Source: an uncultured Spirochaetaceae bacterium (GTDB lineage: Bacteria > Spirochaetota > Spirochaetia > DSM-27196 > PWMO01). From it: 64,000 bases of DNA. Each line of letters begins with the position of its first letter. The stretch's first letter is position 1. Made by a program: the position numbers and the translations under genes. The DNA lies in NCBI GenBank assembly GCA_964654185.1, contig CAZZIE010000005.1, forward strand, positions 4,156 through 68,155, given 5' to 3'. Positions 17,865 to 26,239 of this stretch are shown one piece after another. The notes under the pieces are model-generated. The model was given only the letters and a program-made list of their open reading frames with translations. It was not told the DNA's origin and ran no database searches.

Positions 17865-18764
17865 ATGTACAATTCGCTCAGTCACATCATGCAAGCATAT
17901 CTTGGGTACGTAACCGCAACGAGAGCCGCCAAGCAGTTTGGAATCTATCCCCTGAATATTGGGAACGCTCGAACTCCACCGCGATCAGGCTATCCACCGT
18001 TCGCGAACCTACATCCGGTACGCTATAGACCGGTGATGTCCAGCGGACGCCAGCTAGATGAGTGGCAACTGATATACGTCAGCAACGGTCAGGGGGTATT
18101 CCAGACTAAGCATGAGTCACGCCCCGTGGCACCTGGCTCTGTAATGGTTGTTCAGCCCGGCATCTGGCATAGGTATTACCCCAAGAAGGCCACTGGTTGG
18201 GATGAGTATTGGGCCGGTTTCGACGGCAGGCTCACCAGAGAAGGCAGTATCAAGACGAACCTTGAACGGCTCGCACCCGTGACATTCACGGGGCTTCATT
18301 CTGACATCATAGAGCTTTATCAGCGCTTAAAGGAATTGGCGATCGCACACCCGCCCGGATACGACGTGGAAATGGGGGCTACCGTCGTGCTGCTCATCTC
18401 GCGTCTCATGAATCATTCGCTCATGCCGCGAAAGCCCTCGCATGTCATGGAGAGCATCGAAAGAGCCAAGTTGCTGCTTCAGGAATCGATCGAAGACACT
18501 GTATCCATGACATCAATTGCTTCTCAAATCGGGATGAGTGACTCCACGTTCCGGCGGGTTTTCAAGCAGGCACTTGGAGTGGCACCCTATCAGTACTTTC
18601 TTCAGATCAAAATTGACGCAGCCAAACAGCTGCTGGCTTCTCAATCCGTAACACTGTCGGAGTTGGCCGAGCAATTCGCGTTTTCAGATGTGTACCACTT
18701 CTCCAGAACATTCAAAAGGATAGTAGGCACCTCTCCCACACAATGGACACAGACTCGGCGATAA
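17865..18764 (+). CDS. AraC family transcriptional regulator (cupin sensor plus 2 HTH)
   Basis: C-terminal IASQIGMSDSTFRRVFKQALGVAPYQYFLQIKI..LSELAEQFAFSDVYHFSRTFKRIVGTSPTQW. N-terminal cupin PGSVMVVQPGIWHRYYP. It is divergent from the CUT2 operon. An alternative start is at 17889. Confidence 0.85.
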   Translation: MYNSLSHIMQAYLGYVTATRAAKQFGIYPLNIGNARTPPRSGYPPFANLHPVRYRPVMSSGRQLDEWQLIYVSNGQGVFQTKHESRPVAPGSVMVVQPGIWHRYYPKKATGWDEYWAGFDGRLTREGSIKTNLERLAPVTFTGLHSDIIELYQRLKELAIAHPPGYDVEMGATVVLLISRLMNHSLMPRKPSHVMESIERAKLLLQESIEDTVSMTSIASQIGMSDSTFRRVFKQALGVAPYQYFLQIKIDAAKQLLASQSVTLSELAEQFAFSDVYHFSRTFKRIVGTSPTQWTQTRR

Positions 18765-18823
18765 CGAAGTCGCGAAAAAGCAGCAGGGTTGCCGGATCCG
18801 TCCGGCTGAACCTATCAATCCGA

Positions 18824-19576
18824 TCAACTGGCTGCGGTCCAGCGGAACAACTGACTCCAGAAGCGCGCGTAGTGCTTCCAATTAACGAACTCTGGTGATC
18901 CCCAGTGAGGCGCGCAATCGGACGCCCATGCGAACGTACGCCCTTTTCCATGGCGTCCCAGAACCAGTATCGGATCTTCGCCATTTTCGAGGACTATGGT
19001 GCCGGATTCTTTCGCAACGAGACGGTTGTACCCAAGAAGTGCCGGCCACTCGCCCTCGATTGCGGACAACACCTCGTGATTGGCTTTTGCGACGCTCGGA
19101 CTGAAACCTTCGGGAAGTTCGACTCGGTCATCAGCTCCGTCAATCAGGACTGGCAGCACACCTGCGATTGCCGTATTCCTGTAGTGTGCTCTTCCATCAT
19201 ACCCCGCGAAAGACATGTACCCACCGATCATACCGAAGCCCCCGCCCGCTGTGACGAAGTCTGCAACGGCCTTCAACGGATTGGGACGGATCAGTGACTT
19301 CTCGAGAGTGTCAGGATGCAGTAGCAGAGTATCCGCACCAATGTCACTGAAAACTATCAGGGTATACTTGCGCAAATCAGCCTCGGTGTTGGGGAACTCA
19401 CGAATTGCTCGGTGTCCCGGCATGTAATCGATGTCCACGTCACTGGCCAGAGCTTCGAGCAAAGGAGTCGCGCCCTCTTCGTAGCCTCCCGTATTGTATG
19501 CGTTGAAGCCTTTCACATGGATACCGTAGCTAAACCATGATTCTCCGACGAAGAGAACCTTCTTACTCTTACTCAT
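18824..19576 (-). CDS. GATase1-like domain protein (DUF1355-type putative glutamine amidotransferase)
   Basis: I start at ATG 19576 (MSKSKKVLFVGESWFSYGIHVKGF), with GAGGTG upstream. The blocks YMPGHRAIREFP, IVFSDIGADTLLL, GGGFGMIGGYMSFAGYDGRAHY and DDRVELPEGF match my memory of this family. Confidence 0.65.
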   Translation of the reverse strand: MSKSKKVLFVGESWFSYGIHVKGFNAYNTGGYEEGATPLLEALASDVDIDYMPGHRAIREFPNTEADLRKYTLIVFSDIGADTLLLHPDTLEKSLIRPNPLKAVADFVTAGGGFGMIGGYMSFAGYDGRAHYRNTAIAGVLPVLIDGADDRVELPEGFSPSVAKANHEVLSAIEGEWPALLGYNRLVAKESGTIVLENGEDPILVLGRHGKGRTFAWASDCAPHWGSPEFVNWKHYARFWSQLFRWTAAS

Positions 19577-19660
19577 CAGTACACCTCGCTTTTCTTGAGT
19601 CTGCAACCGGTTTTGCTATCGTGCCGCTACCACGGATCAGGGCACCTGACCACCATTCCT

Positions 19661-20713
19661 CTACCGCACCCACTCGAAGTGTGCCTTCTCATACGGCTCC
19701 ATGTTGGGCCGGCGCCCGGTCTTCGTCACCACGTCGTAACCCATTTCGTTTGCGACATACAAACACAGCAGCTGAGACGCGACGCCACCAGTAAATGGGG
19801 TCAGAGCCTCAGGTGCCTTTGGTAGCTCAACGTGGTAGGTTCCCTTCAAGCCTGTCTTTTCATCGCTGAAAACGATCGACTGTGCACCGATGTGCTGTAG
19901 TCCCGCGATAATCTCTGCCGCAAGGCCGGCAGCGCAACCGGGCGCAATGATTACCACCGGATCTCCGGATTCGACCATGAGGTGGGCGCCGTGCGCAAAC
20001 TCCTCCAGTTCCGAGTGGTGTGACAGGATCCCTCCCGCCTCCCACATCTTGGCGGCAGCGTACTGCGCCGTAGCATGACTGGGCCCCGAGCCCAAGAAGA
20101 AGAATTGACGGGAGTCCGCCACACTCGCTGCGACTCGCCCTATTGCCGCAGTAGTTCCCTGGATGACACCTGCCACGATTTCGGACGTCTCGTTGATTTC
20201 CGTATGCGCAGTACCGGAGACCCACTCTACAAAAAGAGCAATCGCCAGCAGCGTGGTCGAATAGTCCAGACTGTGCGGGGTCTTTCTGGACTCCGCCCTC
20301 TCCGGAATGACGATCGAACCGTCAGCTTGCCGTGCAATGGTGCTGTCCGCATTGGCCGTGAGAGAAATGACCGTTGCGCCGGCCTCCTTTGCTCTTCGGA
20401 GAGCCCTTATTCCGTGCTTCGCCTCGCCCGAGGTTGATATTGCCACTGCAAGGTCGCTATCAACGAACGGCCAATAGGTCTGGGCCTCATAAGTGGGTAC
20501 CACATGGTATCCTATGCGAGGACCAAGCTTTGTGCGAGCCATGAAGGCCATGGCAAGCGGAGCAAAGAAGGAATCTCCGGACCCAAACACGACTACCCTC
20601 TCGGCGCGTAGTCGCGTCAGATCGAGCTTGGCGAACTGGTCTCGAAGCTGGGGCAAGCATCTCTCCAAGGCGTCAGCCTGTTGTTGGATCTCGTTCTGCA
20701 TAATCTCGTTCAT
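19661..20713 (-). CDS. Double-SIS domain sugar-phosphate isomerase/deaminase-deglycase-like protein (AgaS/FrlB/GlmS-isomerase family)
   Basis: 350 aa. VVVFGSGDSFFAPL and AISTSGEAKH form the first SIS domain. FFFLGSGPSHATAQYAAAKMWE..SELEEFAHGAHL forms the second. Confidence 0.8.
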   Translation of the reverse strand: MNEIMQNEIQQQADALERCLPQLRDQFAKLDLTRLRAERVVVFGSGDSFFAPLAMAFMARTKLGPRIGYHVVPTYEAQTYWPFVDSDLAVAISTSGEAKHGIRALRRAKEAGATVISLTANADSTIARQADGSIVIPERAESRKTPHSLDYSTTLLAIALFVEWVSGTAHTEINETSEIVAGVIQGTTAAIGRVAASVADSRQFFFLGSGPSHATAQYAAAKMWEAGGILSHHSELEEFAHGAHLMVESGDPVVIIAPGCAAGLAAEIIAGLQHIGAQSIVFSDEKTGLKGTYHVELPKAPEALTPFTGGVASQLLCLYVANEMGYDVVTKTGRRPNMEPYEKAHFEWVR

Positions 20714-20773
20714 GGATACTCACGTCTCACTTTCACCTGTCGCCTGCGTCACGCGGGGGATCGAGGATCCAGA

Positions 20774-21763
20774 TCACTGTCGTGCGACGCTCCGCTGCAA
20801 CGTACCAAGAAACTCCAAGGCTTTAGAGCGTATATGCGCCGGCAGCAGAATCCCGCTTGGTGTAACATATCCGCTGATCAACTCTGGAGGGACCCGATCC
20901 AACTCCGGAGCGACCATGCTGACTTCTCCTGTGGCCTTCAGATCTTCTTCGGGGTCAAGTATCGGGGTGAAATCATCTTCCTTTAGCGCTCTCTGTTTGC
21001 CCTCAATGGATTCAGGATCGATCTTGATAAGTTCAGTTGCGACATAGTAAGGAATTCCGAGCTGTCGCGCCGCAATCGCGATCGGATGACTCCCTACCGT
21101 GTTCCAAGCACTGCCGTCTATGAATATCGTCTCAGCTCCTATGAGCACGGCATCACAGCGTGGTAAGAACCGTCGATACGCTATGTCCATGATATAGGTT
21201 ACAGAGTGTCCCATGGCCAGACTCTCTTTGGCGATAGGAAACCCGCCTCGGAGTGCCCTGCTCTCCGGGGTCACCACCTCCAGCAACTTGTTGCGGTGAG
21301 ACAACTCCTTGAGAATTGCCATCATTGAGCTACTATAGTCGAAGGCCAGTATGGCGTTCGCACCCTCAAGAAGGTTGGCTCCATACGCAGCAATTAGGTC
21401 CCGGTTACGAATCGACATCTTCTGGTATTCGTCTTTCCGCTCCAACAAAAAGGTTCTGAGTTCCACAGAAGACGCCGGATCTTCATCTTCGAAACCACGG
21501 AGAACGTGCTGGATGGCGTTCCGTATTGCCGGAGTGTTTTTGCCGCGTGTTGCTGCCAAGTAATCCGCCGTCTCCATAATGAGGCGCTTTGTTTCATCGG
21601 AAGAGGAGCGTGCGGACTCCTCCGCAATGGAGACCAACAGCTCATTGATCTGACGGATGTTTCTGCTCGCACCTAGGCTGGTACCTCCAATGATGTCGTG
21701 CAGCAGTTCCATCGAGCGCCTCGGAAGTCGCGGAGCAGTTTGCATTGATGTCTCACCCTTCAT
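20774..21763 (-). CDS. eIF-2B alpha/beta/delta-like family protein (e2b2 / ribose-1,5-bisphosphate-isomerase-like)
   Basis: IGGTSLGASRNIRQ.., AILAFDYSSSMMAILKEL, VVTPESRALRGG and VLIGAETIFIDGSAWNTVGSHPIAIAA fit the IF-2B fold pattern. An alternative start is ATG 21745, which has AAGGGTGAG upstream. Confidence 0.75.
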   Translation of the reverse strand: MKGETSMQTAPRLPRRSMELLHDIIGGTSLGASRNIRQINELLVSIAEESARSSSDETKRLIMETADYLAATRGKNTPAIRNAIQHVLRGFEDEDPASSVELRTFLLERKDEYQKMSIRNRDLIAAYGANLLEGANAILAFDYSSSMMAILKELSHRNKLLEVVTPESRALRGGFPIAKESLAMGHSVTYIMDIAYRRFLPRCDAVLIGAETIFIDGSAWNTVGSHPIAIAARQLGIPYYVATELIKIDPESIEGKQRALKEDDFTPILDPEEDLKATGEVSMVAPELDRVPPELISGYVTPSGILLPAHIRSKALEFLGTLQRSVARQ

Positions 21764-22745
21764 CTACTACATCTCCTTTCCAATTTGCGGTGACATTCGC
21801 TGTCTCCGGACCCGCGGTCGTAGGTACGGAGGCCAGCATATCGGCGTTCTCTGACATCAGCGAGCGAACGTCACCCAAGGTAGGAACACCGCCGTGGCCT
21901 CCTAGCGACGATGCGTTCAGTGCACCAACCGCATTGCCCATTATTGCCGCTTCTCTCACGCTCCGGTCACGAATGAACTCGTGAACAAACCCGGCAGCGA
22001 AGGCATCGCCGCAGCCGGTCGTGTCTACAACACCCACTTCGAAGCCTCGCACATGTCCCACCCACTCAGATGAAGCAACAAAACATCCCTCCCCACCAGC
22101 GGTGACACACACCGTACCGCCTACGAGCCGCAAGAGACTTGTCGCTGATTCACCGATACCAGCTAAGCCTGTAAGCCTCGTTGCAGTGGTACGGTTCAGA
22201 AACACAAGATCAATTGATTCCAGAAGTGGCTCGAGTAGGTCTCTCTGTTCAACGTGGCCGGGCTCCAGGTCGACAGATAGTGTTGCGCCATTTTGTCTGG
22301 CGAGCCCTACGACGGCTTCCAGGGTATCAAGGCGACTGCCCGTCGTGTGAACGTGGTCAACATCCGCGAACGCTGCAGATACCAGACTATCCGGGTCAAT
22401 GAAGATACAGTCGGTCGCAGCAATTGTGAGTGCCTTCTCGCCCGAAGGATCAACCATCACAATGCAGAAGTACGTACTGCCGTTCTCCCTCACCATCATG
22501 TGGGACACGTCCACACCGGAACTGCTGAGGTCTTCAAGAGTTAGCTTTCCATAGGAATCATCGCCGACCACACCATGGAGCCCGACTGTGTCACCAAGTC
22601 GCGCTGCCGCGACTGCGAAGTTCGCAACCATTCCCCCGGCAAAGTGATGAAAAGACTTTGCCGCAGTTTTTTCGTCGGGTCCGGGGAAATGCTCCACGCT
22701 TAGATAGATGTCGATATCTGCATCACCGACTCCGAGTATCTTCAC
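21753..22745 (-). CDS. PfkB family carbohydrate kinase
   Basis: MKILGVGDADIDIY.., GGMVANFAVAAARLG, and the C-terminal DTTGCGDAFAAGF anion-hole/catalytic motif. Confidence 0.85.
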   Translation of the reverse strand: MKILGVGDADIDIYLSVEHFPGPDEKTAAKSFHHFAGGMVANFAVAAARLGDTVGLHGVVGDDSYGKLTLEDLSSSGVDVSHMMVRENGSTYFCIVMVDPSGEKALTIAATDCIFIDPDSLVSAAFADVDHVHTTGSRLDTLEAVVGLARQNGATLSVDLEPGHVEQRDLLEPLLESIDLVFLNRTTATRLTGLAGIGESATSLLRLVGGTVCVTAGGEGCFVASSEWVGHVRGFEVGVVDTTGCGDAFAAGFVHEFIRDRSVREAAIMGNAVGALNASSLGGHGGVPTLGDVRSLMSENADMLASVPTTAGPETANVTANWKGDVVDEG

Positions 22746-22758
22746 CAGACGTCCCCCA

Positions 22759-23274
22759 TTACCTCTGAAGCTCTATCACACAATCGTCTTTGAACGGGAT
22801 CCATGGATCATTGCTCCGCCCCGGCTCGGGACCGTGAGGTTCGCCCACGAAATAGTACAGGACCTCCCGGTCTTCCACAGGGAGGGCGGCCCAATGCCAC
22901 GTGCCGGGCGCCATCAGAATCGCTTCGCCGGGTTCAATTACAAAAGCTCGCACCGTAGTGGCATCGGGTTGTTCGCTATGATCAGAAAGATCACCCGGCA
23001 ACGCAACGGTTTGAATGACCGCACCGGTTATCGGGATGAGCAACTCCGCTTTCGGCTCACGCTCCATCTTGTCAATGGGGTCGAAACATGGGGCTGTTGT
23101 CACCATTCCTACTGCGGGCTTCATGCTTCCCATATGGGTGAGCCAAGCCCAGCAGTTCCAGTTGTTTCCTGTCTTGTTTGCAGCTTCCAATGGCAGGCGT
23201 ATATAGGAACCATACGGCTCCACCCAGTGATCCGAAATGCGTTGCGGGATAACGTTGATGGACCGGTGCATCAA
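22759..23274 (-). CDS. Ureidoglycolate-lyase-like cupin-fold protein
   Basis: By-eye alignment to E. coli AllA: PYGSYI vs AYGDVI, MEREPKAELLIPITG vs LERHPLGTQAFIPMKG, and VRAFVIEPGEAILMAPGTWH vs [20 protein letters not shown]. Confidence 0.55.
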   Translation of the reverse strand: MMHRSINVIPQRISDHWVEPYGSYIRLPLEAANKTGNNWNCWAWLTHMGSMKPAVGMVTTAPCFDPIDKMEREPKAELLIPITGAVIQTVALPGDLSDHSEQPDATTVRAFVIEPGEAILMAPGTWHWAALPVEDREVLYYFVGEPHGPEPGRSNDPWIPFKDDCVIELQR

Positions 23275-23280
23275 GCTCTC

Positions 23281-23622
23281 CTATATGACCCATGAATCTG
23301 CGGCGGGAACCGGCTCGTACCGGCGCCCTACCATGTTCTCTTCTTGGAAGTACTGATAGTGGCGGATCTCCTCGAGGGAGTTAGTGAACTGCACGATTGC
23401 GTCCACGCTCGGAAACTCCCAGCACTCGAAACGTGACCATGAAGACTGTCCGCGGACCTTGTAAGTACCAAGCAGACGCGCTCCTCGTGCCTGCACGTCC
23501 CTAAATAGCGCCTCGCGTTGCGACAAATATGTGTGCCGGTCTTCCTCCGACAGATAATACCAATCATCGGTCGGCTTCCATCTCTTGAACCAGCCAACCG
23601 TGTTCTGCTCTGTGCTCGACAC
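23281..23622 (-). CDS. Small darcynin-like / dimeric alpha-beta-barrel-like protein (113 aa)
   Basis: GTG start at 23622 directly abuts the upstream stop, with GGGAGG 8 nt upstream. The pattern W..LSEEDR...(L)LGTY....SWSRFECWEFPS....F...L.....YF is repeated twice in the neighbouring gene. Confidence 0.6.
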   Translation of the reverse strand: MSSTEQNTVGWFKRWKPTDDWYYLSEEDRHTYLSQREALFRDVQARGARLLGTYKVRGQSSWSRFECWEFPSVDAIVQFTNSLEEIRHYQYFQEENMVGRRYEPVPAADSWVI

Positions 23623-24354
23623 CTAGTAACCTCCCTTCTCTCGCTCTGGGTCAGGCTGCAAACGCTCCGCGAACCGGAAGCTATGCTCCAACTGTCCGGC
23701 GACGAACCTCCAATTGCAGAGCGTGAACTCTGGTGAATCTTCGAACCGGGCAGCGGCATCTTCGAGATGACACCACTCAGGCAGTCGAAAGAAGGCGAAG
23801 TGCGCCCATGAACAGGACCACCGCGAGTAATAAGTACCCAGACATTCGCCACCAACTCCACGTACACATTCCGCAAGCTTCGCCAAAGCCTCACTAGAAA
23901 CAGGTCCAGAGGAAGCGTTTCTGTACACCGTCTGTCGAGGTTGGCAGAAGACAATCGTCGCGATTCTCATGCGGTTGTCGGGGCTCCCGGATCGTATGCT
24001 ATCCCAATTCACAGACTCCGGTTGTATGGCAGCTTGAACGCCGATGTAGTGGTCAGAGTCGGCAAACTTGAAGTCCCCGGCCGCCTCCAGTTGCCCGATG
24101 ACCGAGTCGTGAATCTCGAGGCTGGGTGTCCGCCAGAACGTGAAATACTGGAGTCCAGTGCTCCAGCGGGCGCCGTAGAGACCGAACATGCGACATCCTT
24201 GTGCTTGCGCGAACCGAAACGCGGCCTTGATTCGAGCACTAGTGTCGATTTCCTCATGGTGACCCGCATGATACTCGGACCGCTTGTTGGTCCAGTGCGC
24301 GAAGAAACCAAGCTCGGTCGCGAACTGCGCTTGTACATCCGGTTGACTGCTCAC
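23623..24354 (-). CDS. Protein with two tandem darcynin-like domains (243 aa)
   Basis: Domain 1 has CRMFGLYGARWSTGLQYFTFWRTPS and domain 2 has GECLGTYYSRWSCSWAHFAFFRLPE. Both parallel ARLLGTYKVRGQSSWSRFECWEFPS in the 113-aa neighbour. There is a 4-nt overlap with the upstream permease gene. Confidence 0.6.
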   Translation of the reverse strand: MSSQPDVQAQFATELGFFAHWTNKRSEYHAGHHEEIDTSARIKAAFRFAQAQGCRMFGLYGARWSTGLQYFTFWRTPSLEIHDSVIGQLEAAGDFKFADSDHYIGVQAAIQPESVNWDSIRSGSPDNRMRIATIVFCQPRQTVYRNASSGPVSSEALAKLAECVRGVGGECLGTYYSRWSCSWAHFAFFRLPEWCHLEDAAARFEDSPEFTLCNWRFVAGQLEHSFRFAERLQPDPEREKGGY

Positions 24355-25220
24355 TTGATTCCCCCCGAAAAGAGACCGGATTCAACGCGACGCTCTAGCA
24401 GGATGGCGCCGATCACACTTGGAATGATGCTAAGGATCGCTAGTACCGACATGCGCCACCATTGAACCCCGGTATTGGTGACCTGAGAAACCATAAGGAT
24501 TGGAACGGTCCCAGACTCCTGGAACGACAGAATAAGCGGAAACAAGAAACCGTTCCATGTGAAGATGAACGCCAAGATGAATGTGGCGACCAAACCAGGC
24601 GCAGCAAGGGGCAACGAAATCCTTACGAATATCGCAAGTCGTGATGCGCCGTCGACCAGGGCACTTTCCTCAATTTCTTGAGGAATCCGGGCAAAGAAAT
24701 CCTTTAGCAACCAAACGGCCAAAGGAATGTTGATCGCCAGAAAGGCGAGCGTCAGTCCGAGACGAGTATCGACCAAGCCTACAAATTGATACATCACGAG
24801 GAACGCAAACACGACCACAACAGGAGGCATCATCCTGTTAGAGACGAACCAGAAGGCAATTTCCTTGTTCCGCCAGGAACCGAACTTGTAACGGAATCGT
24901 GCGAGCCCGTGAGCTGCCAGAGCGCCGATGATGACCGCTGCGGTCGCACTTCCCACTCCCACAACGAGCCCGTTTACGAAGTGTCGAACCACCCAGGCCC
25001 TCGTATCCGGAGTGCCCAAAAGCGACTTCCACGCATGCAAACTAGGCTCAAAGTCAACCCACGGAACGTATGTTACGTCCTGCGTAATCGCGACGGGAAG
25101 CTTGAATGAGGTGATGACGGTCCAATAGAGCGGGAAGTAGACAATGAAAACCCAGATTATCAACACACTGTACACTGCGAACTTGCGTAGACGGGCTTTC
25201 GTCTTGTGCGGATCTATCAT
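24351..25220 (-). CDS. Carbohydrate ABC transporter permease (CUT1, MalG-like)
   Basis: 289 aa with six TM helices. The EAA-type loop is IPQEIEESALVDGASRLAIFVRISLPLAAPG. Confidence 0.85.
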   Translation of the reverse strand: MIDPHKTKARLRKFAVYSVLIIWVFIVYFPLYWTVITSFKLPVAITQDVTYVPWVDFEPSLHAWKSLLGTPDTRAWVVRHFVNGLVVGVGSATAAVIIGALAAHGLARFRYKFGSWRNKEIAFWFVSNRMMPPVVVVFAFLVMYQFVGLVDTRLGLTLAFLAINIPLAVWLLKDFFARIPQEIEESALVDGASRLAIFVRISLPLAAPGLVATFILAFIFTWNGFLFPLILSFQESGTVPILMVSQVTNTGVQWWRMSVLAILSIIPSVIGAILLERRVESGLFSGGIK

Positions 25221-25232
25221 TGCAGAACCTCA

Positions 25233-26162
25233 CTACATATCAGGCGTCAACCGGCGAGCGATCGACAAGAAGATGAGCGAAAACAAGATCGTAGTTATGA
25301 GCAACGAGAACGCGATCGTCGACGCGTAGGAAAGGTCGCCACCCTTCAGCCCAACATCGTAGGCGAATAGTGTGACGACCTCCGTGGAATTCCCGGGCCC
25401 ACCACCCGTTACCACTCTCACTACGTCTATGACTTTGAATGCTTCAAGGGCGCGAATCACAATCGCCGACGCACTTATCGGCATGAGTAGGGGAAATGTT
25501 ATGTGTCTGAACAGGTGCCAGCTCCGGGCCCCATCTACTCTCGCGGCTTCGTAAAGCTCGTTCGGAATGGACTGGAGTGCCGCAAGAAGAATCAGAATGA
25601 ACAGCGGCGTCCACTGCCACGTGTCCACCAGGATGATGATGAGCATGGATAGCCCCGGGCTCAGCGTCCATCGCATGACCGGAAGCCCCAGGTTGAAGAG
25701 AACGTCGTTTATCGGGCCAAAGGACTCGCTGAAGATCATCTTTCCGATCACGTAACTGACGGCCACGGGGCTTACCATCATCGGCAGAAGCAGGCTGATC
25801 CGAAAAAAGCGCCTGAACTTGATGTCTTGATTCAGCAGTAGAGCGAGCCCGAAACCCAATGAGTACTGTAGCGCTACTCCACCACAGACGAAGACAACAG
25901 TGTTTCGAAGTACTGTATGGAAGTTCGAGTCTTCGAAAAGCCGTTGCCAGTTCTGAAACCCGGTGAAGTTGAACTGAAGGCCACCTCCGAGACGAAAATC
26001 AGTGAATGTCATTAAGAGCGAGAACACTAATGGGAAGATCAGAAGCACGATCACTGCGATAGTCGGCGGAAGAATGAAAGCCCGCTTGGCAACTCTATCC
26101 ATGTCGAGTGATCGCCGTGCTAACGAACGTCCTGCGGGCGCTCCCGTGCGAACTGTACTCAT
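25233..26162 (-). CDS. Carbohydrate ABC transporter permease (CUT1, MalF-like)
   Basis: 309 aa. The EAA loop is IPNELYEAARVDGARSWHLFRHITFPLLMP. Confidence 0.85.
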   Translation of the reverse strand: MSTVRTGAPAGRSLARRSLDMDRVAKRAFILPPTIAVIVLLIFPLVFSLLMTFTDFRLGGGLQFNFTGFQNWQRLFEDSNFHTVLRNTVVFVCGGVALQYSLGFGLALLLNQDIKFRRFFRISLLLPMMVSPVAVSYVIGKMIFSESFGPINDVLFNLGLPVMRWTLSPGLSMLIIILVDTWQWTPLFILILLAALQSIPNELYEAARVDGARSWHLFRHITFPLLMPISASAIVIRALEAFKVIDVVRVVTGGGPGNSTEVVTLFAYDVGLKGGDLSYASTIAFSLLITTILFSLIFLSIARRLTPDM

Positions 26163-26199
26163 ACGTTGTTTCCCCCTTGGCGAGACCCCGAAGGAAGCC

Positions 26200-26218
26200 G
26201 GCCTGCCAACGGCAGGCC
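26200..26218 (-). promoter_or_regulatory. Intercistronic stem-loop after the CUT1 binding-protein gene
   Basis: GGCCTGCC-aac-GGCAGGCC is a perfect 8-bp stem in the 77-nt gap between the binding-protein stop and the permease start. Confidence 0.45.
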
Positions 26219-26239
26219 AGCGTGGGCATTGACCTCAAA

